DNA from: Patescibacteria group bacterium | GTDB lineage: Bacteria; Patescibacteriota; Dojkabacteria; J137 | NCBI GenBank assembly: GCA_016861265.1 | Contig: BOLA01000001.1 | Span: 598,229 to 662,228 of the forward strand | Reading direction: 5' to 3' | Length of the DNA: 64,000 nucleotides | In this document: positions 1-8,700 of the stretch, one piece after another | How positions within the stretch are numbered: the first letter of the stretch is position 1 | How the letters are laid out: every line of letters begins with the position of its first letter | Made by a program: the position numbers and the translations under genes | The notes under the pieces: model-generated | What the model saw: the letters and a program-made list of their open reading frames with translations, nothing else | Database searches by the model: none | What the model was told of the DNA's origin: nothing

Positions 1-761
1 TACTACTTTCTGACTTAAAAGAAAAATCCCAAAAGTTAGACCTAGTAGAATTTATTAATTACGTACTAGAGAAAACAGGATATGTTGAGATGCTTAAAGA
101 CGGTACCCTAGAAAATGAATCAAGAATAGAGAACATTAAAGAGTTAATTTCGGTTGCAAGTAAATATCAAAATGATCCTGCTCCTGAAGGTTTAGAAAAT
201 TTCCTAAACGAAGTAACCTTACTTGAAGGTTTTACAGAAACAAAGGAATCTTCCAACTATGTAACTCTAATGACCATTCATGCGGCCAAGGGTTTAGAGT
301 TTGACTATGTATTTGTAGTAGGTATGGAGGAAAACCTGTTTCCGCATACAAATTCCATGACTGATATTAAAGAGATGGAAGAAGAACGTAGACTGGCATA
401 TGTGGCAATCACAAGAGCAAAGAAGAAATTATTCCTAACACATGCCTCAAAAAGAAAGTATTTTGGAATTATCCAAATGAATCCTGTCTCCAGATTTGTG
501 AGTGATATAAATACAGATGTAGTTGACTTCGAATCTAACTATTCCGATGGATATTCAAGCGTTAATCTTGATCCATGGGAAGAGAAGGAGGAGTACGTTC
601 CAGAAATAAATTTAAAAATAGGGGATAAAGTTAAACACGAATACTTTGGTAAGGGTGTAGTAAAGTCGGTGTTCGGTACCAACATAGAAATTGATTTTGG
701 GCCAATATATGGCGTTAAGGAGTTAATGTTGGAATATGCAAGGCTAGAGAAATTGAGCTAA
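1..761 (+). CDS. pcrA: UvrD/PcrA ATP-dependent DNA helicase, C-terminal part (5' truncated by window edge)
   Basis: Motifs VTLMTIHAAKGLEF and EEERRLAYVAITRAK, plus C-terminal Tudor-like GDKVKHEYFGKG; frame is open upstream of position 90. Confidence 0.93.
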   Translation, partial: LLSDLKEKSQKLDLVEFINYVLEKTGYVEMLKDGTLENESRIENIKELISVASKYQNDPAPEGLENFLNEVTLLEGFTETKESSNYVTLMTIHAAKGLEFDYVFVVGMEENLFPHTNSMTDIKEMEEERRLAYVAITRAKKKLFLTHASKRKYFGIIQMNPVSRFVSDINTDVVDFESNYSDGYSSVNLDPWEEKEEYVPEINLKIGDKVKHEYFGKGVVKSVFGTNIEIDFGPIYGVKELMLEYARLEKLS

Positions 762-1163
762 TTACAGTATTTTCTTTACACAAGCATTGTTCTCACAAAC
801 AGAGTATTGGTTGCTGTCACAACCTATAAGAGTTGCCGAGCATGAATTAGCTTTACAGTAATACTTGTTATGTGTGCCAATATTGCAGTCTTGAAGGTAT
901 TCGGGCCTTTCTCTGCAGTCATCATTTTCAAAACAAAGAGTTTTATTAACTTCCATTTGCCTAATCTCATCATCAGTTGCAGGGTTGCTTTTTCTATATT
1001 CGGCGTCTCCTTGTTGAACTTGAATTTGTTGCTGAGCTCTAATGCTGGTTGAAATACCTTTAGATACCGATTCTACACTAAGACCTTTCGATATTAATAA
1101 AAGCAACAGAATGAAAGCAATAAAAATAAAGGTTGATATAATTAGTAAAAGTCTTTTATTCAT
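762..1163 (-). CDS. Hypothetical membrane-anchored, Cys-rich extracellular protein
   Basis: N-terminal hydrophobic helix; 8 Cys in the C-terminal 60 aa. Confidence 0.6.
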   Translation of the reverse strand: MNKRLLLIISTFIFIAFILLLLLISKGLSVESVSKGISTSIRAQQQIQVQQGDAEYRKSNPATDDEIRQMEVNKTLCFENDDCRERPEYLQDCNIGTHNKYYCKANSCSATLIGCDSNQYSVCENNACVKKIL

Positions 1164-1199
1164 AATCTAATTCTAAAGTTTCCTTTTTTATAATTCAAT

Positions 1200-2099
1200 A
1201 TGAAGTTTGGAAAAGTAGAATCACTAATCGAGTTAGAAAATTTAGATCTGTCTTTGCCTCTTGAACCACATGAGAATGAAGCCTACCCATCTTCAATCGA
1301 TAGAAATGCTCAGATTAAGGTTTTTATAGGTGCCCCTGCGTGGGGTGTTAAAGATTGGAAAGGTAAAATATACCCTGAAAAACTAAAATCCGAAGAATAT
1401 TTAAATTATTACGCTAAGTCATTTAACTCTATAGAACTAAATACAACCCACTACAGGCTGCCCGAACAATCTGATATCTATAACTGGCTTAAGCAAGTGC
1501 CGTCAGATTTTTTATTTTGTCCTAAAGTTACTCAATCAATAAGTCATTTTAGCGGCCTTACAAATAAATTAAAGGTAGAGGAGTACTTTAATAGGATGAA
1601 TTCATTTGGTACGAATCTAGGACTCCATTTTTTGCAGCTGCATGAAAATTTTTCTCCTAAAAGATTTGCAGACCTGTCTAAGTTTATTAACTACATACCA
1701 AAAGGAACTAAGCTTGCAATTGAACTTAGGCACCCAGACTGGTTTAGGGATCAGGGAATATTCAATTACTTAAGATCAAAAGGCATTGGCACTGTAATTT
1801 CGGATACAGCAGGACGAGGAGATGTCTTGCATATGAATATTACCGCACCGTTTACAGTTATTCGATTTGTGGGTAATAATTTGCACCAAACGGATTATCA
1901 AAGAATAGATGATTGGGTAGAAAAAATAAAACAATGGAATGATAAAGGGTTAGAAGAAATATTCTTTTTTGTACACGAGCCACAAGAATTAGCCTGTCCC
2001 GAGATCTCAGATTATTTTATTCAGACCCTCAACAAGAATGAATTAACAACATCGGCAAGTATTAAATTTGTGCAACAACAGGATCTGTCGCTTTTCTAG
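1200..2099 (+). CDS. DUF72 (YecE-like) protein
   Basis: W..KIYP, YYAKSFNSIELNTTHY, FCPKV..SISH, AIELRHPDWF motifs. Confidence 0.9.
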   Translation: MKFGKVESLIELENLDLSLPLEPHENEAYPSSIDRNAQIKVFIGAPAWGVKDWKGKIYPEKLKSEEYLNYYAKSFNSIELNTTHYRLPEQSDIYNWLKQVPSDFLFCPKVTQSISHFSGLTNKLKVEEYFNRMNSFGTNLGLHFLQLHENFSPKRFADLSKFINYIPKGTKLAIELRHPDWFRDQGIFNYLRSKGIGTVISDTAGRGDVLHMNITAPFTVIRFVGNNLHQTDYQRIDDWVEKIKQWNDKGLEEIFFFVHEPQELACPEISDYFIQTLNKNELTTSASIKFVQQQDLSLF

Positions 2100-2128
2100 T
2101 GGTCACCAGTCAAGGGTGACCTTCTGGA

Positions 2129-2335
2129 CTAGGAATTGTCATCCCCGGTTTTTTCTTCGGGAAGAAATCTGAATACTTTACTTATTCCTCCCCCGAGATG
2201 GACAGTTACATATTTAGTAACGGAACTAGGATTTTGTTCCTCCTGTTTTTCATCAAAATCTTCTTTAGGTTTGCCTTTTCTAGCTCTCCTTCGAAGTGCT
2301 TCCCTTATCTCTTCGATCTCCTTTGATGTTGGCAT
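2129..2335 (-). CDS. Small charged hypothetical protein (68 aa, MPTSKEIEE...)
   Basis: ATG at 2335 preceded by strong SD GGAGGTG and a TTGATC-17-CATAAT promoter; the ORF-track start at 2374 is probably too far upstream. Confidence 0.6.
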   Translation of the reverse strand: MPTSKEIEEIREALRRRARKGKPKEDFDEKQEEQNPSSVTKYVTVHLGGGISKVFRFLPEEKTGDDNS

Positions 2336-2358
2336 CTTGACACCTCCATTGACTGGCC

Positions 2359-2391
2359 AAGAATTATGCAACAATAACTATAATTGATCAA
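2359..2391 (-). promoter_or_regulatory. Sigma70-type promoter of the 68-aa gene
   Basis: Minus strand TTGATC-N17-CATAAT with TG extension. Confidence 0.55.
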
Positions 2392-2446
2392 TAGAATCTA
2401 CAATACTTTAGTAGTATAATTGCCCCATAGTTTTTATATTGTAGGT

Positions 2447-3112
2447 GTGAAATTTGATATTCTTACAACATTCCCTGAATCTTTTTCAGCAATACAGCAG
2501 AGTATTGTAAAACGAGCTGAGAACAAAGGATTGATTGAGATAAAGATACATAATTTAAGAGACTTTACACTTGATAAGCATAAAACTACCGATGACTCTC
2601 CGTTTAGCGGGGGAGCAGGTATGCTTATGAAAATAGAGCCCATTTACGCAGCCCTAAAATCTCTAGGCGTTTATCCGAATAGGGATTCTAGAACTAAGGT
2701 AATTCTAACAAGTGCAAAAGGTATGCTTTGGAAACAATCAATAGCGCAAGACTGGTCACAAAATTTGGATCGAATTGTAATTATCTGCGGACATTACGAA
2801 GGGGTGGATCACAGAGTGGTGGAGCATTTAATTGATGGAGAAATAAGTATTGGTGGTTATGTACTTTCAGGGGGTGAGATTCCTGCAATGATCGTTGTAG
2901 ATAGTATAACCAGGCTAATCGATGGAGCTTTAGGTAACACCCTGTCTTTATTAGATGAAAGTCATAATGAGCAGATGGATGCTGAGTATCCGCAATATAC
3001 AAGGCCCGCAATTTTTAAAACTGAAGAAGGTCAAGAATGGGGAATTCCTGAGATTTTGCTATCGGGGGATCACAAAAAGATTGAGGATTGGAAAAAACGA
3101 AACTCGAAGTAA
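2447..3112 (+). CDS. trmD: tRNA (guanine37-N1)-methyltransferase
   Basis: KFDILTTFPE, DDSPFSGGAGM, CGHYEGVD, SIGGYVLSGGE, EYPQYTRP; likely GTG start at 2447. Confidence 0.97.
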   Translation: MKFDILTTFPESFSAIQQSIVKRAENKGLIEIKIHNLRDFTLDKHKTTDDSPFSGGAGMLMKIEPIYAALKSLGVYPNRDSRTKVILTSAKGMLWKQSIAQDWSQNLDRIVIICGHYEGVDHRVVEHLIDGEISIGGYVLSGGEIPAMIVVDSITRLIDGALGNTLSLLDESHNEQMDAEYPQYTRPAIFKTEEGQEWGIPEILLSGDHKKIEDWKKRNSK

Positions 3113-3256
3113 ACCTAAAGTAGATACTAGCTGTTTTATTGTATGTAGTCCACAAATGAGTCCACTTGTTACACAAACTTGCGTAACACAGAAAGTCTGT
3201 TGTAGTTTATTTTCTTCTTACTGGGTGATAATATTAGTATTATTACCACTTCAAAT

Positions 3257-3763
3257 ATGTATAATTTTGCATCTTTATTGTCTGGAGGTGATTTAAGGTC
3301 TATTGGAGAGTCAGATAAGGTAGTTGCGATAGTTTTGAAGAATCAAAGTCTTTTCGGTGATTTATTTAAGTGTTTATATTCTTCGGATTCTGTAGTCAGA
3401 ATGCGTGCAGCTGACGCGATAGAGAAGGTTACAAGAAGGCATCCCCAATTGCTTCAGCAATACAAAGTTAACCTAGTTGATGATATCTCTAGGATAAATC
3501 AAAAAGAAGTTCAGTGGCATTTTGCAGAGCTAATAACCAGGGTAAATTTAACCGCTTCTGATTTGTCTCATGTAGTAAAGGTTCTGGAAGAAAATATCGA
3601 AGCCTCCAAAAGTAATATTGTAAGAATATTCTCAATACAAGCAATCTATGACCTTTCTTTAAAACATAAATATTTAATTGACACAATTAAGTTAATACTT
3701 GAAAAGTATAAAGATGATGAAAGTCCTGCGGTAAAAGCCAGGGTGAATAAGTTGCGAAAGTAG
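3257..3763 (+). CDS. HEAT-repeat protein
   Basis: LLSGGDLRSIG, VVRMRAADAIEK and SPAVKAR alpha-helical repeats. Confidence 0.7.
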   Translation: MYNFASLLSGGDLRSIGESDKVVAIVLKNQSLFGDLFKCLYSSDSVVRMRAADAIEKVTRRHPQLLQQYKVNLVDDISRINQKEVQWHFAELITRVNLTASDLSHVVKVLEENIEASKSNIVRIFSIQAIYDLSLKHKYLIDTIKLILEKYKDDESPAVKARVNKLRK

Positions 3764-3774
3764 GGATTAAAAAA

Positions 3775-3848
3775 TCGGAGTGGCGGGGCTCGAACCCACA
3801 ACCCCACGCTCCCAAAGCGTGTATTCTAGCCAATTGAACTACACTCCG
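3775..3848 (-). tRNA. tRNA-Pro(TGG)
   Basis: Reverse complement CGGAGTG-TA-GTTC..GAAT-A-CACGC TT TGG GA GCGTG..GTGGG TTCGAGC CCCGC-CACTCCG-A; CCA not encoded. Confidence 0.96.
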
Positions 3849-3905
3849 ATGAATGCAGGAAATTATAACGAATTGTAGGACTTCTGTCTAATGGGAAAAC
3901 ATATT

Positions 3906-3932
3906 AAAAAAGACACCCCCTGGTGTCTTTTT
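3906..3932. terminator. Intrinsic terminator (bidirectional) downstream of the PIN gene
   Basis: AAAAAGACACC-CCCT-GGTGTCTTTTT. Confidence 0.75.
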
Positions 3933-3949
3933 CTTGTTTGCAAGTTGTA

Positions 3950-4324
3950 TTATATTTCAACAAAGTTTAGGCCCTTTATTCCACTAAAGTTTCCTTTATC
4001 TTCGGTTAATACGGAATATCCTTTTTGCATTGCAGTTGCTGCTACGTAGCTAACAGCAAGACTAACTTCAGTATTTCTTATAACCTTTGCAGCCTCATCC
4101 GCTAGGGTTTTATTGACCTCTACAACATTAAAATACTTATCAACGAAGTCCTTTACTTCCTTTTCTAGATTTGCATCCTCAAAGGTTCTGCTGGCAAGTA
4201 ATTCTGTGTATGTCGCAATAGAAATTACCATGTTATATTTTTCATAGGCAATTGGAAGGACTCCCTTTCCTGTCTTTAGATATTGCACTATTACACTTGT
4301 ATCTACAATTATTGTTTCTTTCAT
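3950..4324 (-). CDS. PIN-domain (VapC-like) protein
   Basis: IIVDTSVIV...TYTEL...YVAATA...LTEDKGNF PIN pattern. Confidence 0.85.
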   Translation of the reverse strand: MKETIIVDTSVIVQYLKTGKGVLPIAYEKYNMVISIATYTELLASRTFEDANLEKEVKDFVDKYFNVVEVNKTLADEAAKVIRNTEVSLAVSYVAATAMQKGYSVLTEDKGNFSGIKGLNFVEI

Positions 4325-4337
4325 ATTATTAATATAA

Positions 4338-4802
4338 TTAACTAATTAAAGGTCTAATTGCATTTAAGCTGAACTGTCTTTCTTCCTTTCCATCTCTGTT
4401 CCATTCTTGGATTTCGATTGTTCTTGGGAATAGTTTTACTTCTGCAGGTTCTTCAGGAACTTTTTCGGCTACGGGTTGTACTTCTTCTTGAGGGACTTCC
4501 TGTTCGACAATTTCATCGACGGTCTCTTCTGTAGTTTCTTCGATTGCTTCTACTTCTTCTCGTTCCTCTAATTTTGGTGTGGTGAGCCTCTTTTTCTCAG
4601 TTGTTGCTACTTTAACTTCTGGTCCATCGTTATTAATTTCAACACTGTTTTCAATGTCTACCTTTACAATCTTATATCTTACTTTGTTGTAAGAAGTTAG
4701 TGCTATTTCGCCGAATTCGTCCACTATGGCGAAAATATCACCAGTCTTATTTTTTACTTCTGTAAGGGAAGCGATTACTTTACCGTCTTTATTTTTATAC
4801 AT
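4338..4802 (-). CDS. Phd/YefM-like antitoxin domain with long acidic tail
   Basis: N-terminal SLTEVKNKTGDIFAIVDEFGEIALTSYNKVRY resembles Phd; lies directly upstream of the PIN gene. Confidence 0.6.
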   Translation of the reverse strand: MYKNKDGKVIASLTEVKNKTGDIFAIVDEFGEIALTSYNKVRYKIVKVDIENSVEINNDGPEVKVATTEKKRLTTPKLEEREEVEAIEETTEETVDEIVEQEVPQEEVQPVAEKVPEEPAEVKLFPRTIEIQEWNRDGKEERQFSLNAIRPLIS

Positions 4803-4864
4803 ATGGAAAAATGTTTAACATTACTTATTAAAATTATAGCTAATTTATATAAGTTGTCAAACAA

Positions 4865-6583
4865 TTACTCTTGAGATCTTAGCGAGTTTAAAATTTCTTC
4901 AGAATCAGCACCTTCTACGATAATTATATCGCCCGATTTTATAAGGGTTCTGGTAGTAAATAGCAATTCGTTAACATTCCTAGATTTTAGGCTAAGGATA
5001 TCAAGGTAGCTATGTGCAAGCAAAGTGTAAAGTAAGGGATCTGTAGTTACAACTATAGAAACTTTCTGTTTTAATTTTTCAGTTAATCTAGCATAGGATT
5101 TTCTTTTTAATTTCCCCAATTCGCTAACTCCATCGGTTAGCAATATTATTCGTCCATGTTTAAACTTTCTCTTAATATTGTTTGCGTAATCTACAGCAGC
5201 CAGAACTCCTTTTAGGTTGCTGTCTGGGTTACCTGTGGATATTAATAGAGTATGATCATCACCTTCTAGGGTGTATATATTAGTGAATTTATCGGATAAT
5301 TTGCCCACTTTTTCTCTAACTGTTTTTTCGTCAATACCTGTTCGTTTGGCAGCCAGTATTGCCGGTACTAGCTGATGTACTAGGCTTAGTCTGTGTATTG
5401 GTGTTGAGTATTCACTGATCTTGTCTTTGGATTTAAACATGAACTTATAACCTTCAACCGATCTTTTGTAGATCTCTATAAAAAATAGTTCATTAAGTTT
5501 GCTAGATTTTTTATCCAAAAACGAGAAACCAATTTTTTCTCCTGGAAATTTATTCAAATAATGTAGTATATATTTGTTATCAATTGGTGCGATTACGCTT
5601 CCATTGTGATTAGTTCCTTTTATAAGCTCTAATCTTGCTTCTATATATTCCTGTTTATTTTTGAATGAACCATAGTGCTGAACGTCAATGTCTGTGATAA
5701 TTGAAATATCCGGACTAATAATCCTGCAAATGCTTTCTACTTCGCCTTTCTTGAAAGGTTCAATTTCAACTAATAATATTTGGGTGCCAGCTGTAATTTG
5801 GGTAGTTATATCGTAACTTAGTTCTTCTATTGTAGTATAAACATCACCTGTTTTAACAATGGAGTAGTCGTCCTTCAGTAACTTGAATAAGAGTTCCTTA
5901 GTTACTGTTTTCCCTATGCTACCGGTAATGGCAATGACAATAATGTTGTTCCTATATCGAGATAACTTGTCATTCAATTGGTGTACCGCAACTTTATTTC
6001 TAAACCATCCAATAGGGCTGGTAATTAAGATTATTAAAGCTGTGATTATTGGAGAAGCGATATCTAAAAACAAAGCGATTATTGCTGAAAGACCTAGGTA
6101 TACATATACATCGTAGATGGTATACATATTGGCATTGCTTACCCCGGGTAATATCAAGTTTTCTCTTTGTAGAGAAGCAAACGGTAGCGACACAATTATT
6201 ATTAGAAAGCTTACTAGTATACTTAATAATGTTAATACAACTGTATTTCTGGTGTTAATTCTTATGGATTCTGATTTACCGGAAAATACTTTTTCTAGAA
6301 GCATAAAGATTTCCACGGCCCAAATTGTGTATGCAATTAAGACTCCTATACTTGAAGTGTAAACAGAAACAACTAGCGTACAAGTTAAACTGAATACAAT
6401 ATATTTAAGTAGCGTGAGTAGAAAATCCCTGTTGTTAGGAAGATGGTCCCACCTAATAAAATTATAAAAACGCTCAACTCTGTACTGCTTTTGCTGCCAT
6501 AAGTGTAGATTCCAAAGTACATTCTTGAATAGAATCACTACTGGAGGAAGCCAAAATAGGACTACTAAGACTAAAAATTCCAT
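4865..6583 (-). CDS. MurF-like Mur ligase with N-terminal multi-TM domain
   Basis: IAITGSIGKTVTKE P-loop, PDISIITDI..QH, GDIIIVEG; about 5 N-terminal TM helices. Confidence 0.78.
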   Translation of the reverse strand: MEFLVLVVLFWLPPVVILFKNVLWNLHLWQQKQYRVERFYNFIRWDHLPNNRDFLLTLLKYIVFSLTCTLVVSVYTSSIGVLIAYTIWAVEIFMLLEKVFSGKSESIRINTRNTVVLTLLSILVSFLIIIVSLPFASLQRENLILPGVSNANMYTIYDVYVYLGLSAIIALFLDIASPIITALIILITSPIGWFRNKVAVHQLNDKLSRYRNNIIVIAITGSIGKTVTKELLFKLLKDDYSIVKTGDVYTTIEELSYDITTQITAGTQILLVEIEPFKKGEVESICRIISPDISIITDIDVQHYGSFKNKQEYIEARLELIKGTNHNGSVIAPIDNKYILHYLNKFPGEKIGFSFLDKKSSKLNELFFIEIYKRSVEGYKFMFKSKDKISEYSTPIHRLSLVHQLVPAILAAKRTGIDEKTVREKVGKLSDKFTNIYTLEGDDHTLLISTGNPDSNLKGVLAAVDYANNIKRKFKHGRIILLTDGVSELGKLKRKSYARLTEKLKQKVSIVVTTDPLLYTLLAHSYLDILSLKSRNVNELLFTTRTLIKSGDIIIVEGADSEEILNSLRSQE

Positions 6584-6699
6584 AAACCTTTTAAGTTAAC
6601 TTAATTTACATTCTTTCAAAAATTTGATCTAATTACAATCTTTTAACATTGAATAGTATTTTTTTAGCATATATACTGTTATCGAATTAGTGAGAATTT

Positions 6700-7026
6700 A
6701 TGAACGTAGATGATTTTACAAAGCTTTTATTGGCTATTGCAGTTTCCTTTGCAATAGTTATATTGGCTTGGGGTTTATTTAGAATCCTAAATAATTTGGC
6801 AGGATCTATACAAGATCTTCGAAAAGCACTTAAAAATACATCGACTCTATCGGATTATGTACTCGAGGACTATTTAAAAGGTAGAGAAGAGGTTTATTCG
6901 CTGCTGCGCAATTTGCACGACTTTAAATCCTCCTTTGTAGATCCAGTAAGGAATATAGCAAAAATTACCAATATGTTAGGTTCCTTAAGGAAGAGGAAGG
7001 GTGGATACGCCGATAGTCAAGAATAG
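6700..7026 (+). CDS. Hypothetical membrane-anchored helical protein (DUF948-like)
   Basis: N-terminal TM followed by amphipathic helices. Confidence 0.55.
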   Translation: MNVDDFTKLLLAIAVSFAIVILAWGLFRILNNLAGSIQDLRKALKNTSTLSDYVLEDYLKGREEVYSLLRNLHDFKSSFVDPVRNIAKITNMLGSLRKRKGGYADSQE

Positions 7027-7093
7027 GCTTGCTTTAAACGAAAGTATAATATATAATCTATAACGAATAAATATCTATAAATTTTGTAAAAAT

Positions 7094-7387
7094 ATGTCAA
7101 GTAAGAAATCAAGATTCAACAAGGAAAAAACCGACAAAATGAAGGTAATTTCTAAGTTTGGTGCACATGAAAAAGATACTGGATCTCCAGCTGTACAAGT
7201 GGCTCTATTAACAGAAAGAATTAAATACCTAACAAATCATTTAAAATCACATAAAAAGGATAAGCATTCCAGAAGAGGTTTGCTTAAATTAGTAGGCGAA
7301 AGAAGAAAACTAATTTCCTACATGGAAAGATCTTCAGATGATAAAGTATCTGTAACAAAATTTCTAAAACAAGTTGGTTTAGATTGA
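7094..7387 (+). CDS. rpsO: 30S ribosomal protein S15
   Basis: [33 protein letters not shown]. Confidence 0.98.
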   Translation: MSSKKSRFNKEKTDKMKVISKFGAHEKDTGSPAVQVALLTERIKYLTNHLKSHKKDKHSRRGLLKLVGERRKLISYMERSSDDKVSVTKFLKQVGLD

Positions 7388-7404
7388 TAATTCCTATAAA
7401 TTGT

Positions 7405-7428
7405 AAGCCCTCGAAAGAGGGCTTTTTT
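7405..7428 (+). terminator. Intrinsic terminator of rpsO
   Basis: AAGCCCTC-GAAA-GAGGGCTT followed by T-run. Confidence 0.9.
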
Positions 7429-7478
7429 ATTACCTTTGCTTTCTTTAAGTCTTTTTTCTATGTAATAATGTATGAACT

Positions 7479-8585
7479 ATGAAGTTTCCGTTATTCAAAA
7501 AGAAAAAAGAGTCATCAAAGTCTCGTCCGGCTTACGTAAATATGCGTCCTAGAATTGATAATTCTAATATTTTGGCGCAGGCAAAAAAAAGAAAGCAGAA
7601 GCAGTTATTAACTAAAAGGGCTGAATTTATATCACCTCAGATTAAAAGTTTGCCGTTGTCTAAAATTTTATTTACTTTCGTTCTGTTGACCCTATTAATT
7701 GGGGCATTTATTTTTCTAAGGAATACGACTATTTTTGATGTAAAAGTTGTTGAGGTTATTACTGATAAGTCGGAGAGTTATAGTCTTGTTAAGGAAATTG
7801 CTGATAAGTATATTTCTAAAAATATTATCTTTATATCTTCTTCTGAAATTGAAAATTCAATAAAATCAGAATTATCCTCTGTTCATACTGTATTCGTGAA
7901 TAAAACTTTGGATGGTAAATTAAAGGTTGAGATTATTGAGGATGCCCCTGTGTATTACGAAGCTAATAATTCTGGAATTTATTTAATTAATCAGAGTGGG
8001 GGAGTAATGGAAGTAATTGAGCCAGAAACAAAGCTTACTTTCAATGAAACAGAATTATTGTTAAGGGACAACAAGCTTCCTGCCGATTCAGATCAGGTTA
8101 GAATTAAATATTTGGAGGGTTTTAGCGAGGAAGAGCGCTCCAAGATAATATGGAAGGATGTTGAAAGGGAAGAAAAAGAGGCCGTTTTAAATCAAATGAA
8201 GCAGGATTTGGACAACAAGATAAATGATTTTACTAATAAACTTGCACAACAGCTAAAGGAAGATAAGTATAAGAACTTAATTGGAAGTTATATACCAAAT
8301 AACGAAAATTATTCCGTAGGGGATAAAGTTCCTTTGGAAAGATTAAATTTTTTATCCATTGTTTTGGATTTCTTTAAAAGTAAGAATCTGAATTCGACAA
8401 AAGTTGTCTGGGATTCTGATTATTCTCTGGAAGTGTTCTTACAAGACAATCCTAGCGTTTTGTTGTCAGTTAAAAGAAGTTATTCATCACAATTTATAGA
8501 TTTGAACACTCTTATTTACTATGGACAATTTAGTGGAGCAAGGGTGGTTGATGTGAGAAGCAATAACTATTCTGTGGTAAGATAA
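7479..8585 (+). CDS. ftsQ: FtsQ/DivIB-like cell division protein
   Basis: Basic N-terminus, single TM, POTRA-like region, C-terminal VVDVR (YIDLR-like); lies upstream of ftsA-ftsZ. Confidence 0.7.
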   Translation: MKFPLFKKKKESSKSRPAYVNMRPRIDNSNILAQAKKRKQKQLLTKRAEFISPQIKSLPLSKILFTFVLLTLLIGAFIFLRNTTIFDVKVVEVITDKSESYSLVKEIADKYISKNIIFISSSEIENSIKSELSSVHTVFVNKTLDGKLKVEIIEDAPVYYEANNSGIYLINQSGGVMEVIEPETKLTFNETELLLRDNKLPADSDQVRIKYLEGFSEEERSKIIWKDVEREEKEAVLNQMKQDLDNKINDFTNKLAQQLKEDKYKNLIGSYIPNNENYSVGDKVPLERLNFLSIVLDFFKSKNLNSTKVVWDSDYSLEVFLQDNPSVLLSVKRSYSSQFIDLNTLIYYGQFSGARVVDVRSNNYSVVR

Positions 8586-8700
8586 GATTAATTGAATTGC
8601 TTGAAATAACAAAATCGAAATTGTAAACTATACTAGCAAATAAAAACCCAAATACAATGGGGTAAAGTGAAATTTTTATTGATATTAAACTACTTAATGT

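Noticed and set aside
2101-2358. RNase P RNA or 6S RNA, suggested by end-to-end pairing
   Set aside because: Lacks the GAGGAAAGTCC and other RNase P conserved regions, and the interior is purine-rich and coding-like rather than rod-forming.
2955-3296. 113-aa ORF overlapping trmD
   Set aside because: Out-of-frame overlap with two better-supported genes and no recognisable motif.
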